Positions 43,513-51,892 of a stretch of 60,419 bases of DNA are shown here, piece by piece. The translations under genes and the position numbers were made by a program. Positions within the stretch are counted from its first letter, which is position 1. Each line of letters opens with the position of its first letter. The notes under the pieces are model-generated. The model had not been told where the DNA came from and did no database searches. It saw nothing but the letters and a program-made list of their open reading frames with translations. The DNA is from Actinomycetes bacterium (GTDB taxonomy: Bacteria > Actinomycetota > Actinomycetes > JACCUZ01): NCBI GenBank assembly GCA_038223055.1, contig JBBRHF010000001.1, forward strand, positions 1 to 60,419, given 5' to 3'.

Positions 43513-44703
43513 ATGCGTCACTTCGCCCACCTGTCCGAGTTCGACCTCTCCCGGTTGTTCCACCTCGCGCCCGAGCCGATCACCTGCGACAGCGATCGCG
43601 AGACCCTCGCGGTCGCGCTCGGAGCCACCCTCTACATGCCGGCGACCCGGCCCGCGCTGGCGGCCGACATCGCCAAGCAGGCGGGCCTGGGCGTCGTCAG
43701 CGTCGTCGCGTGCCTCGAGGACGCCATCGCGGACGACGACGTACCTGCCGCGCAGGCCAACGTCATCGCCCAGTTGCGGCTGCTCGGTCAGGCCGGGAGC
43801 GCGGTCGCCTTGCCGCTGGTGTTCGTGCGGGTGCGTCACCCCGACCAGGTGGCCGCGATCACCAACGGTCTCGGCGAGAACATTGCGGTTCTCCGCGGCT
43901 TCGTCGTGCCCAAGTTCAGCGACGTCAACGGCGCGAGCTACCTCACCGCGGTCGTCGAGGCCTCCGCCGCACACGACCGGCACCTCTACGTCATGCCAGT
44001 TCTGGAGTCCCCCGAGATCGCTTACGCCGAGACCCGCGCAGCCCAGCTGGCCGGGGCACACCGCCTGCTCTCCCGGTTCCGCGAACACGTCCTCGCCGTA
44101 CGCATCGGCGCGACCGACCTGTGCGGGGCCTACGGCATCCGGCGCGACCGGGACCTGACCATCTACGACGTGCGGGTCGTGGCCGACGCGATCACCGACA
44201 TCGTGAACACGTTCGGCCGAGCCCGTCGCGACGGGTTCGTCGTCACCGGACCCGTGTGGGAATATTTCCCGAACCACGACCGCATCTTCAAGCCGCAACT
44301 GCGGGAGAGCCCCTTCACCGACAACGCCGTCCGCCCGCTGCGCCAGCAGCTTTTGCTGGCCGACCTGGACGGCCTCATCCGGGAGATCCTGCTGGACAAG
44401 GCCAACGGCCTGACCGGAAAGACGGTCATCCATCCGACCCACGTGGCCGCGGTCCACGCGATGAGCGTCGTGTCCCACGAGGAATACAGCGACGCGCTGG
44501 ACATCCTCGGGGCCGACCTGGCCGGCGGGGGCGTGGCGCGATCCGGCTACCGGAACAAGATGAACGAGGCGAAGCCGCACCGGGCCTGGGCCGAGCGCAC
44601 GGTGCGCCGCGCCCACGTGTTCGGGGTCGCCGCGGAGGGGATCACCTTCATCGATCTGCTCGCCACCAGCGTCGAGTCGATCCTGGCGCAGGAAGCCGCG
44701 TGA
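43513..44703 (+). CDS. HpcH/HpaI aldolase / citrate-lyase-beta-like TIM-barrel C-C lyase (Ter-associated type)
   Basis: ATG at 43513 (RBS GAAAGGA). LGATLYMPATRP...VVACLEDA...VRIGATDLCG...GKTVIHPTHV is the CitE/HpcH-like motif order. Confidence 0.7.
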   Translation: MRHFAHLSEFDLSRLFHLAPEPITCDSDRETLAVALGATLYMPATRPALAADIAKQAGLGVVSVVACLEDAIADDDVPAAQANVIAQLRLLGQAGSAVALPLVFVRVRHPDQVAAITNGLGENIAVLRGFVVPKFSDVNGASYLTAVVEASAAHDRHLYVMPVLESPEIAYAETRAAQLAGAHRLLSRFREHVLAVRIGATDLCGAYGIRRDRDLTIYDVRVVADAITDIVNTFGRARRDGFVVTGPVWEYFPNHDRIFKPQLRESPFTDNAVRPLRQQLLLADLDGLIREILLDKANGLTGKTVIHPTHVAAVHAMSVVSHEEYSDALDILGADLAGGGVARSGYRNKMNEAKPHRAWAERTVRRAHVFGVAAEGITFIDLLATSVESILAQEAA

Positions 44704-47387
44704 GCGACCTGTCCGGCCCGGAAGTCTGGTCCGGACAGTGGGTCACGGATCGGCTCGACCTGACCGTGACCGGCGCCGCCCGGCCGGGCCCGGTGACCGT
44801 GCGGGACCTGGTGGGTCTGGCCGTCCGTCGCAACCCCCGGCGCGCCCACCTGCTCGTCTCGAGGGTCCTCGGCAAGCACCTGCCGGCCAGCCCCGCACTG
44901 GTCTACGGCTCCGGGCTGCTGCTGGGCGCGATGACCGCCACCGCGCTCGGCGGCGAACCCACCGCTGCAATCGCCCCGCTCGGTGCCGCGCTGCGCGCCG
45001 CGTTGCGCCCGCCCGGCGGCCGTGACGCGGGCAGCGATGGTCAGGACAGCGACGGTGACGACGGCAACGGTGACCAGGCCGCCACCCGCTTGCTGGCCCT
45101 GACCCGAGCCGTCACCCGGCCCAACATCAGCCCGGCGCCCGTCGTCCTTGGCTACGCCGAGACCGCGACCGGCCTCGGGCATGCCGTCGCCGACGCCCTC
45201 CGCGCGCCCTACCTGCACTCCACCCGCCGGCCGGTCCGTGGCGTCACGCCCGTCGGCGCCTTCGAGGAGGAACACTCGCACGCCACCAGCCACCTGCTGC
45301 TGCCCGAGAACCGGGGCCTGCTGGCCGGGCCCGGCGCGCTCGTCCTCGTCGACGACGAGCTGACCACCGGTACGACGGTGCGCAACACCATCACCGCGCT
45401 GCACGCAGCCTTTCCTCGTGACCACTACGTCGTCGCAGCTCTGGTCGACCTGCGCAACCCGACCGACCGCGCCCGGCTGACCTCCCTGGCGACCGAGCTC
45501 GGGGTGGTCATCGAGGTCGTCGCGCTGGCCACTGGACACCTCGGGCTGCCCTGCGACGCAGCGGCGCGGGGGATCGAGCTGGTCGCGGCGGTCGAGGCCG
45601 CCGCCGCGGTCGGGGCCGCCGCTGTCCGCATCCGGCGCGACGACGAGCCGGCATCGGCGGGCGGGCTGGCGCGCCGGGTCTGCCTCGACTGGCCCACCGA
45701 CCTGCCCGACGGCGCGCGACACGGTTTCAGCCCCGGGCACCGCGCCCGGCTCGAGGGTGCCTTGCCCGCGCTTGGCGCCGCGCTGGCCGGGCAGCTCGCC
45801 CTTCCACCCGGCGCCAGCGTGCTCGTGCTGGGGACCGAGGAGCTGATGTACGCCCCGCTGCGGCTGGCCGAGGCACTCGCTGCGCAGGTCGGGCCCGGCG
45901 TGCGGGTCCGCTACTCCACCACGACCCGGTCCCCGGTCCACCCGGTCGACGACCCCGCCTACGCGATCCGCACCCGCCTGGAGTTCAGCGCGCACGACAA
46001 CCCGGCCGACGGCCCCGGCCCGCGCTACGCCTACAACGTGGCGCCCGCCGCGGGCGACGGCCGGTTCGACACGGTCATCGTGGTGGTCGACCAGGTCGGC
46101 GACACCGACGCGTTGCACAGCCCGCTCGGCCTGCTCGCCCGGCTGGCCACCGTCACCGACGACGTCGCCCTGGCGGTGATCCCCAGCTACCGCCCCGCGA
46201 CGACGTACGCCGGCGGGGTGGCCCTGCCCAGCCCGCTGCGAGGCCCAGCGTTCGGCTCATACGACCGAGACGAGGTCGGGTGGCTGCTCACCGACCTGTC
46301 CGGCGCGGCGCTGGAGGCGCCGACGGAGGAGCGCGAGGAGGCAATCCAGGCCGGCGGCGCGCACTACGCCGAGTCCCTGCCGGTGGAATACCAGCCGTCA
46401 CCGGACTACCAGCGGCTGTTCCACGAGTCCCTGGAGGCCTCCGCCGAGAGGGTGGCGCACGCGGTCGGGGTGCTGACGGAGTCCGCGCTGGCCGCGCGCG
46501 GTGAGCACGCCGTGCTGGTCAGCCTGGCCCGGGCCGGGACCCCGATCGGGGTCCTGATGCGCCGCTGGGCCCAGCACACCCGCGGGGTCGACCTGGCGCA
46601 CTATGCCGTGAGCATCGTGCGCGGCCGGGGCATCGACCCCGTCGCCCTGCGCTACCTTGCGACCCACCACGACCCGGGCGAGGTCATGTTCGTCGACGGG
46701 TGGACCGACAAGGGCGCCATCACCCGCGAGCTCGCCGCCGCCCTCGCGGTCCACGCCGAGCGCACCGGCGAACGCTTCAACTCCCAGCTCGCGGTGCTGG
46801 CCGACCCGGGCCGCTGCGTCGAACTGTTCGGCACCCGCGAGGACTACCTCATCCCGTCGGCCTGCCTGAACTCCACCGTGTCCGGGCTGGTGAGCCGCAC
46901 GGTGCTCAACGACACCCACCTTGCGCCCGGCCAGTTTCACGGCGCCAAGTTCTATGCCGACCTCGCGGCCGCGGATGTGTCCAACGCGTTTCTGGACGCG
47001 GTCAGCGCCCGGTTCGCCGATGTCGCCGAAGCCGTGCGCAAGGAGATCGACCGGCGCGCCGGCCAGGTCCCGGAGGACCCGACCTGGGACGGCTGGCGGG
47101 CGGTGGAGCGGATCAGCCGCGACTACGGCATCGGCGATGTCAACCTGGTCAAGCCCGGCGTCGGCGAGACCACCCGGGTGCTGCTGCGCCGGGTCCCGTG
47201 GAAGGTCCTCGTCAGTGACACGGCCGGCGATCTGCGCCACATCCGGCTGCTCGCGGCGCAGCGCGGCGTCCCGGTCGAGGCGGTGTCCGGCCTGCCCTAC
47301 AGCTGTGTCGGGCTGATCCACCCGAACTTCACCCGCGGCGCCACCGGCGCCGACGGGATCGCCGTCGGCGCCGCGGCGACGACGTGA
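44700..47387 (+). CDS. three-module fusion: phosphoribosyltransferase + TRSP domain + StiP-like (second PRTase-like + PELOTA-like C-terminus)
   Basis: GTG overlaps the HpcH stop (GTGA). LVLVDDELTTGTTVRN (PRTase PRPP loop), VLVLGTEELMYAPL...YSTTTRSPV (TRSP signature), then EEREEAIQAGGAHYAESLP...VMFVDGWTDKGAI...LIPSACLNSTVSGL...VNLVKPGVGETTRVLLRR. 895 aa with no internal stop. Confidence 0.75.
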   Translation: MSDLSGPEVWSGQWVTDRLDLTVTGAARPGPVTVRDLVGLAVRRNPRRAHLLVSRVLGKHLPASPALVYGSGLLLGAMTATALGGEPTAAIAPLGAALRAALRPPGGRDAGSDGQDSDGDDGNGDQAATRLLALTRAVTRPNISPAPVVLGYAETATGLGHAVADALRAPYLHSTRRPVRGVTPVGAFEEEHSHATSHLLLPENRGLLAGPGALVLVDDELTTGTTVRNTITALHAAFPRDHYVVAALVDLRNPTDRARLTSLATELGVVIEVVALATGHLGLPCDAAARGIELVAAVEAAAAVGAAAVRIRRDDEPASAGGLARRVCLDWPTDLPDGARHGFSPGHRARLEGALPALGAALAGQLALPPGASVLVLGTEELMYAPLRLAEALAAQVGPGVRVRYSTTTRSPVHPVDDPAYAIRTRLEFSAHDNPADGPGPRYAYNVAPAAGDGRFDTVIVVVDQVGDTDALHSPLGLLARLATVTDDVALAVIPSYRPATTYAGGVALPSPLRGPAFGSYDRDEVGWLLTDLSGAALEAPTEEREEAIQAGGAHYAESLPVEYQPSPDYQRLFHESLEASAERVAHAVGVLTESALAARGEHAVLVSLARAGTPIGVLMRRWAQHTRGVDLAHYAVSIVRGRGIDPVALRYLATHHDPGEVMFVDGWTDKGAITRELAAALAVHAERTGERFNSQLAVLADPGRCVELFGTREDYLIPSACLNSTVSGLVSRTVLNDTHLAPGQFHGAKFYADLAAADVSNAFLDAVSARFADVAEAVRKEIDRRAGQVPEDPTWDGWRAVERISRDYGIGDVNLVKPGVGETTRVLLRRVPWKVLVSDTAGDLRHIRLLAAQRGVPVEAVSGLPYSCVGLIHPNFTRGATGADGIAVGAAATT

Positions 47388-48988
47388 CCAGCCGCCTGGC
47401 CCTGGCCATCGAGGCGGCCGAGTTGACTGTCCCCGGCCTCTGCCTGCCGCGCGTGCGCCCCGCGGGGCCAACCATGGTCGCCGCGGTCGACCTGGACCGC
47501 ACCCTCATCTATTCCGCCGCCGCGCTCGACCTGCCGGGGGAGGACGCCGACGCGCCGGAGATGGTCGTCGCCGAGGTCTACCAGGGGGCGCCCCTGTCGT
47601 TCATAACGGCCACCGCGGTGACGATCCTCGCGGGCCTGTGCGAGGTCGCGCAGGTGGTGCCCACCACGACGCGCACCCGGGCACAGTACGCCCGGGTGAA
47701 GGTTCCCGGTCGGCCGCACCGATACGCGGTCACCGGCAACGGCGCCCACGTGCTCGTCGACGGCCGGCCCGACCCGGAGTGGTCCGCAACCGTCGCGGCG
47801 CTGGTCGCGGCGCACTGCGCCCCGCTGGCCGAGGTGGTCACCCACCTGGAGAAGACGTTCCTCGACGAGTTCACCAGAACCCGAAGGGTCGCCGAGGACC
47901 TGTTCGCCTACGTCGTCCTGACCCGGCGCGACCTGCTCCCGCTCGATCTGGTGCCCACGCTGGCCGCGTGGTGCGCGCCGCGTGGCTGGTCCGTGTCGCT
48001 GCAGGGGCGCAAGGTCTACTGCGTCCCCCGGCCACTCACGAAGACCGCGGCCATCGCGGAGATCGCCCGCCGCGAGGATACGACCCATGTCGTGGCGAGT
48101 GGCGACTCGCTGCTCGACGGCGAGTTGATGGACGCTGCCGACGAGGGCGTTCGACCGGCGCACGGGGAGCTGCACGAAACCGGCTGGACCAGGCCGCACG
48201 TGGTCATCACCGGAGCGGCCGGTGTAGTCGCCGGCGAGGAGATCGCGGCCCGCCTGCTCGCGGCCGCGCTCACCGGGTCGGTCCTCGGGGCGCGGGCCTC
48301 AGTCCGCGGACCCGGAGAAAAGGCCGCCCAGGCCCGTCCCGGTCTTTTTGTCACCCGCGCCGGCGTTCTTCGCCAGGGCCTTGGCAAGCGCCTCGATGGT
48401 GACCGACTGCAAGATGACCTGCCCGTCGCCCTCCAGCGTCGCCAGCGACAAGCCCTCGCCGCCGAACATCGCGTTCATCGCGCCCGCCCGATTGAAGCCG
48501 CCGACCCGCTCGACGCCGTAGCGGATGTTCTGGTCCCAGGCCACGACACACCCCGTGTCGACCTTGAGACGCCCGCCGTAGTCGGCCGGGTTGATGTCGA
48601 TGAAATCACCCGCTCCGGCGACCAGCAGCGTCCCGACTCCGGTGAACTTCTCCAGCACGAAGCCCTCGCCCCCGGAGAACCCGGCCCGCCCGCCCATGAA
48701 CGCCACGTCGAAGCGGACCCCGGCCTCGGCGGCGACGAATGCGTCCTTCTCCGCGAACCAGGTGGTGCGCCCGTCGAGTTCGAGCGCCCGCATCTCGCCC
48801 GGCACGACGCCGGCCAATCCCAGCAGCCCGTCCCCCCCGCGGGTGTGGAAGTGGGTGAACGCGAACGACTCTCCCGCGAGCACCCGCTTCCCGGCGTCGA
48901 CTGCCCCGCGCAGCATGCCGCCCAGACCTCCGCCGGAGCCACCACCGCCGAGCAGCCCACCGCCACCGCCGCCCGAGCCCCCCGGTGA
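47384..48988 (+). CDS. HAD-superfamily hydrolase (Ter-associated); ORF has no stop until 48988 and runs antisense into the next gene
   Basis: GTG overlaps the upstream stop (GTGA). AAVDLDRTLIY (DxDxT motif I), VVPTTTRT (motif II), ASGDSLLDGELM (motif IV). HAD-like sequence ends around 48290; the remaining ~230 codons are antisense to the AIM24-like gene. Confidence 0.6.
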   Translation: MTSRLALAIEAAELTVPGLCLPRVRPAGPTMVAAVDLDRTLIYSAAALDLPGEDADAPEMVVAEVYQGAPLSFITATAVTILAGLCEVAQVVPTTTRTRAQYARVKVPGRPHRYAVTGNGAHVLVDGRPDPEWSATVAALVAAHCAPLAEVVTHLEKTFLDEFTRTRRVAEDLFAYVVLTRRDLLPLDLVPTLAAWCAPRGWSVSLQGRKVYCVPRPLTKTAAIAEIARREDTTHVVASGDSLLDGELMDAADEGVRPAHGELHETGWTRPHVVITGAAGVVAGEEIAARLLAAALTGSVLGARASVRGPGEKAAQARPGLFVTRAGVLRQGLGKRLDGDRLQDDLPVALQRRQRQALAAEHRVHRARPIEAADPLDAVADVLVPGHDTPRVDLETPAVVGRVDVDEITRSGDQQRPDSGELLQHEALAPGEPGPPAHERHVEADPGLGGDECVLLREPGGAPVEFERPHLARHDAGQSQQPVPPAGVEVGERERLSREHPLPGVDCPAQHAAQTSAGATTAEQPTATAARAPR

Positions 48989-49144
48989 GGCCGCCGAGTC
49001 GGGCTGGGACAGCTTGGTCTCCATCACGACATCGCCCGAGCAGAACAGGAACTTGCCGGCCTCGCTGTAGACGACCTGCCCGGGAGACAGGGTCAGCACG
49101 GCCATCTTCGTAGTCGCCCCGACCAGCTGGACCTGCAGCGTCAC
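48299..49144 (-). CDS. AIM24/TIGR00266 (DUF124) family protein with internal Gly-rich insert
   Basis: GTG at 49144 overlaps the upstream stop (GTGA). LSPGQVVYSEAGKFLFCSGDV...GESFAFTHF...GEGFVLEKFTGVGTLLVAGAGDFIDI...VDTGCVVAWD...GEGLSLATLEGDGQVILQS. Insert: SPGGSGGGGGGLLGGGGSGGGLGG. Confidence 0.75.
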   Translation of the reverse strand: MTLQVQLVGATTKMAVLTLSPGQVVYSEAGKFLFCSGDVVMETKLSQPDSAASPGGSGGGGGGLLGGGGSGGGLGGMLRGAVDAGKRVLAGESFAFTHFHTRGGDGLLGLAGVVPGEMRALELDGRTTWFAEKDAFVAAEAGVRFDVAFMGGRAGFSGGEGFVLEKFTGVGTLLVAGAGDFIDINPADYGGRLKVDTGCVVAWDQNIRYGVERVGGFNRAGAMNAMFGGEGLSLATLEGDGQVILQSVTIEALAKALAKNAGAGDKKTGTGLGGLFSGSAD

Positions 49145-50409
49145 CGCTTCCCCCCTCGCTCGGCGCGAACCTCCGAGACCACCGTAGCGACCGTGTCGGC
49201 GATCGCGCTCAGCTCGGTCAGGAACGCCCAGTAGTCCGGGTGCGGTCCCCTGACGGCCGTCGTTGCGCGCTCCAGCCGGTCCACCAGCGCGTCCAACCGA
49301 ACTGCCCACCGGGCCCGCGTCCCGGGAGCGTCGGCGCCCGCCATCACCAGTCGCTGCGCGTCGCGCAAACCGAAACGGACCTTGGCGATACGGGCCGACG
49401 GGTCGTTCGCCGCCTCATACAGCGCAGTAAGTCGCTCGGCCACCGCCCGCCCGCGGCTCTCCGCGTTGCCCAGCGCCGCGGTCGCCTCGCGCAGGGCCTC
49501 CATCGCCGTGTCGTAGTCCCCTGCCGCGGCCGCCGTCGCGGCCTGCTCGCGCAACCGGGTCGCCTCCTGCGCGCGCTGGCGCATCGTGGCCGCGGCGGTC
49601 GCGACGTCCTGCCAGCAGATCTCGCTGTAGCCGCGCCGCAACTGGCTCAGCCCCGCCTCGACGGCCGGGATCCGGTTCGCGAGCGCCTCATTGCGGGTCC
49701 GCAGCGACGACACGCGGCGGGCCACCTCGTCCCGCTTGCGCGGGAGGTCCTGGGCGAGTGCGCTGGCGCGTTCGGCGAGCGAGGCCACGTGCTCGGCCTG
49801 GCGCAGCGTGCCGGCGATTCCGAGCACCTCAGCACCCCCCACGAGGATCTGCGCACCGGCCTGCGCGCCGGCCAGGGCGTCACCGGCCAGGCCGGGCCGC
49901 AGCCCTTGGTGATCGAGGTCGGCGACGGCCGACTCGGCCCGGTCCAGCGCCGACCGGGCCGCAGCCACCTGGGGGCTCAGCTGCGCCAGCGCCGGCCCGA
50001 CCCGGGCGAACTCGCCGTCGTGACGCTGGCGAAACTCCTCGATCTGGCGTTCGGCCTGGTCCAGCGTGCCCGCGACCTGGCGCAGCGCCATTTCGGCCTC
50101 TTGCAGTGCCCGCTTCGGTTGGTGTGCCTCGACGTCGTAGCGGTCCAGGGTCTCGATGTAGGCCCGCGCCACGTCGTCGCAGTGCCCGTTCACTGCTTCG
50201 AACTCGGCCCGGATCTGGCTGGCCGACGCCGACCCCGAGAACAACCTGGTGTAGCTGTCGACCTGGCGGTTGGTGTCCTGCTGGGTCCGATCCATCCGGT
50301 AGAAGGCCTCCGCCGCACCATCGCGCGCCTCCCGGGCATCCAGCGGCGGGTTCCGCCGCCGCCCGGGCTCGCCCGCCCACGGGGTCGGCGCGTTCGGCGT
50401 TCGACTCAC
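49141..50409 (-). CDS. hypothetical all-helical/coiled-coil protein (422 aa)
   Basis: GTG start. Long heptad-like, Ala/Arg/Glu/Gln-rich segments. Translationally coupled to the AIM24-like gene. No family recognised. Confidence 0.55.
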   Translation of the reverse strand: MSRTPNAPTPWAGEPGRRRNPPLDAREARDGAAEAFYRMDRTQQDTNRQVDSYTRLFSGSASASQIRAEFEAVNGHCDDVARAYIETLDRYDVEAHQPKRALQEAEMALRQVAGTLDQAERQIEEFRQRHDGEFARVGPALAQLSPQVAAARSALDRAESAVADLDHQGLRPGLAGDALAGAQAGAQILVGGAEVLGIAGTLRQAEHVASLAERASALAQDLPRKRDEVARRVSSLRTRNEALANRIPAVEAGLSQLRRGYSEICWQDVATAAATMRQRAQEATRLREQAATAAAAGDYDTAMEALREATAALGNAESRGRAVAERLTALYEAANDPSARIAKVRFGLRDAQRLVMAGADAPGTRARWAVRLDALVDRLERATTAVRGPHPDYWAFLTELSAIADTVATVVSEVRAERGGKR

Positions 50410-50561
50410 GTCAGCCAGTGTGGTCGATGCCGCCCCCGCCCGTTGCCGGGGGCACGAGGCCTGCGGCCGTGGCAGGTGGCCCGTGCTCCGTCGCCCTCGG
50501 CCTGTGGCCCTAGGATCGGGTTCGCGAGAAAGCCCGCCGGCGAGAAGCCGGTGGCGTTCTG

Positions 50562-50633
50562 GCCGGAGTGGCGCAGTGGTAGCGCAGCCGCCTTGTAAGC
50601 GGCAGGTCGTCGGTTCGAACCCGACCTCCGGCT
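50562..50633 (+). tRNA. tRNA-Thr (anticodon UGU)
   Basis: GCCGGAG-TG-GCGC-AGTGGTA-GCGC-A-GCCGC-CTTGTAA-GCGGC-AGGTC-GTCGG-TTCGAAC-CCGAC-CTCCGGC-T folds into a complete cloverleaf. CCA is not encoded. Confidence 0.9.
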
Positions 50634-50839
50634 CGCCCGGCCCATCTCACCGCGCGGAAAGCCGCCGGCAACCTGCCGGACATGCGCCTCGGGCAGGATG
50701 AGCAGCAGGTCGGCCGCCGCTCGCACGACTGAGCAACCTGACCGCGAGCTGCCCTCAGGGCAAGACCCCGAGGTGCCGATCCCTGCCTTGACACATCCGC
50801 CCCACACAGCCGTGCACGCACGGCCGCACAGGAGAGACG

Positions 50840-51121
50840 ATGACCAGCGAGAGTGGCACCGAGCAGCCGACCGTCGGCGCCCACCGAGAGGTGGCACACG
50901 TGCCTGCCCTGGCCATCGCGCCGGGCGACTATCTCCCCCCGCAGCGCATCCTGCACGGAACGCGCTTCCAGCAGACCGGCTTCCAGGTCGGCGACGAACC
51001 GATAGATGTCTGCCACAGCCTGCCGGTGCTCGCCGACCGGGTGCTGCTCTTCGGGCCGACTGGCACCCTGTCCTCCATCCGGGGGGACGCGACCGTGACC
51101 GTCCTGCGCGCCGCGTCCTGA
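50840..51121 (+). CDS. hypothetical protein (93 aa)
   Basis: Strong RBS (AGGAGAG, 5 nt upstream) and very high GC3 in this frame. No family recognised. Confidence 0.5.
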   Translation: MTSESGTEQPTVGAHREVAHVPALAIAPGDYLPPQRILHGTRFQQTGFQVGDEPIDVCHSLPVLADRVLLFGPTGTLSSIRGDATVTVLRAAS

Positions 51122-51253
51122 CCCATGCGCGTCGGTGCGATCACACCACGTGGCCCGCCGGCTCGACGACCTGGCCACGTGCGCCGCGATCTGCGACGCT
51201 GGCTCCTCCACGAACCCACCCGACTGCTGGAGCGGCACATTCACGACCTGGCC

Positions 51254-51892
51254 ATGTCCGACGACGTGCTCAGCAACGGCGCCGAGCCCGCGGCCCGGCG
51301 GCGGCCCGCGGCCCGGCGGCGGCCCGCCGCCCACAACGTCCGGCTCGTGCTGGGCCTGCTGGCCGTGACGGCGCTCGTCCTACTCGGCGCAGACCGATGG
51401 CAGGCGCACCGCGAGTTCGACGCCCTGCTGGCCCGGGCCAGCGCCGGGCAGGCGACGGTCTCCTACGCCGAGCGCCGCATCACCGCCGTCGTCGACTACG
51501 CCTCGCCGCTGCTGACCTCCGCGTCGGCGCGCCCTGCGACCCGGGCCGGGCTGGAGCGGCTCGTGCAGGACGCCGCCGCCGACCGCCTCTCGGCGGTCCG
51601 GGCCGACCGCGACACGGCCGCCGCGACCCGCGTCCTGCCGTGGCACCGGGCGCAGCAAGCCGCCCGCGCCTCCTACGTGGCCTACCTCGACGCCCAATAC
51701 CGCTACCTCGAGTCGGTCACACGAGACGTCGACGTGCTCTGGGTCCGCCACCCCGACCTCACCCGGCGACTCAGCGCTGCGCGGCTGGCGATGGCCGCTG
51801 CCGCCGCAGGCTCGTCGGAGGCCCGTCGGGTCAGCTCCGTGCTCGGCGTCCGACTAGCCTCTGGGCCGACGGGGGGGAAGGCGCCGGGCTAG
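51254..51892 (+). CDS. hypothetical membrane-anchored protein
   Basis: GC3 rises sharply after the ATG at 51254. Has AARRRP x2 followed by the TM segment VRLVLGLLAVTALVLLGA and a helical ectodomain. Its 3' end overlaps the convergent LacI gene by about 60 nt. Confidence 0.45.
   Translation: MSDDVLSNGAEPAARRRPAARRRPAAHNVRLVLGLLAVTALVLLGADRWQAHREFDALLARASAGQATVSYAERRITAVVDYASPLLTSASARPATRAGLERLVQDAAADRLSAVRADRDTAAATRVLPWHRAQQAARASYVAYLDAQYRYLESVTRDVDVLWVRHPDLTRRLSAARLAMAAAAAGSSEARRVSSVLGVRLASGPTGGKAPG

Noticed and set aside
43710-44699. N-terminal 330 aa of the 1225-aa ORF 43710-47387. Similar extensions occur at 12385-13197, 52947-54836 (the part beyond 53855), 33531-35936 (beyond 35528) and 19843-22125 (beyond 21492).
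   Set aside because: These out-of-frame overlaps with the upstream genes are Arg/Pro-rich and have no homology signal. In each case a start codon coupled to the upstream stop, or preceded by an RBS, coincides with the onset of recognisable family sequence.
49141-50409. Calling the 422-aa coiled-coil protein TelA (toxic anion resistance) because of its Ter neighbourhood.
   Set aside because: I cannot identify TelA-specific sequence features by eye, and the call would rest on context only. It is left as hypothetical.
51125-51253. Longer version of the hypothetical membrane protein starting at the ATG at 51125.
   Set aside because: Third-codon-position G/C content is clearly lower in 51125-51253 (many cga/cgt/aca/gaa/att codons) than after 51254. 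The segment is Arg-rich and lacks an RBS.
50562-51892. tRNA-Thr as an integration site for a genomic island or prophage (orphan genes downstream; Ter/VapBC upstream).
   Set aside because: No integrase, recombinase or excisionase gene is present on either side. I could not find a direct repeat of the tRNA 3' end (GGTTCGAACCCGACCTCCGGC) elsewhere in the window.
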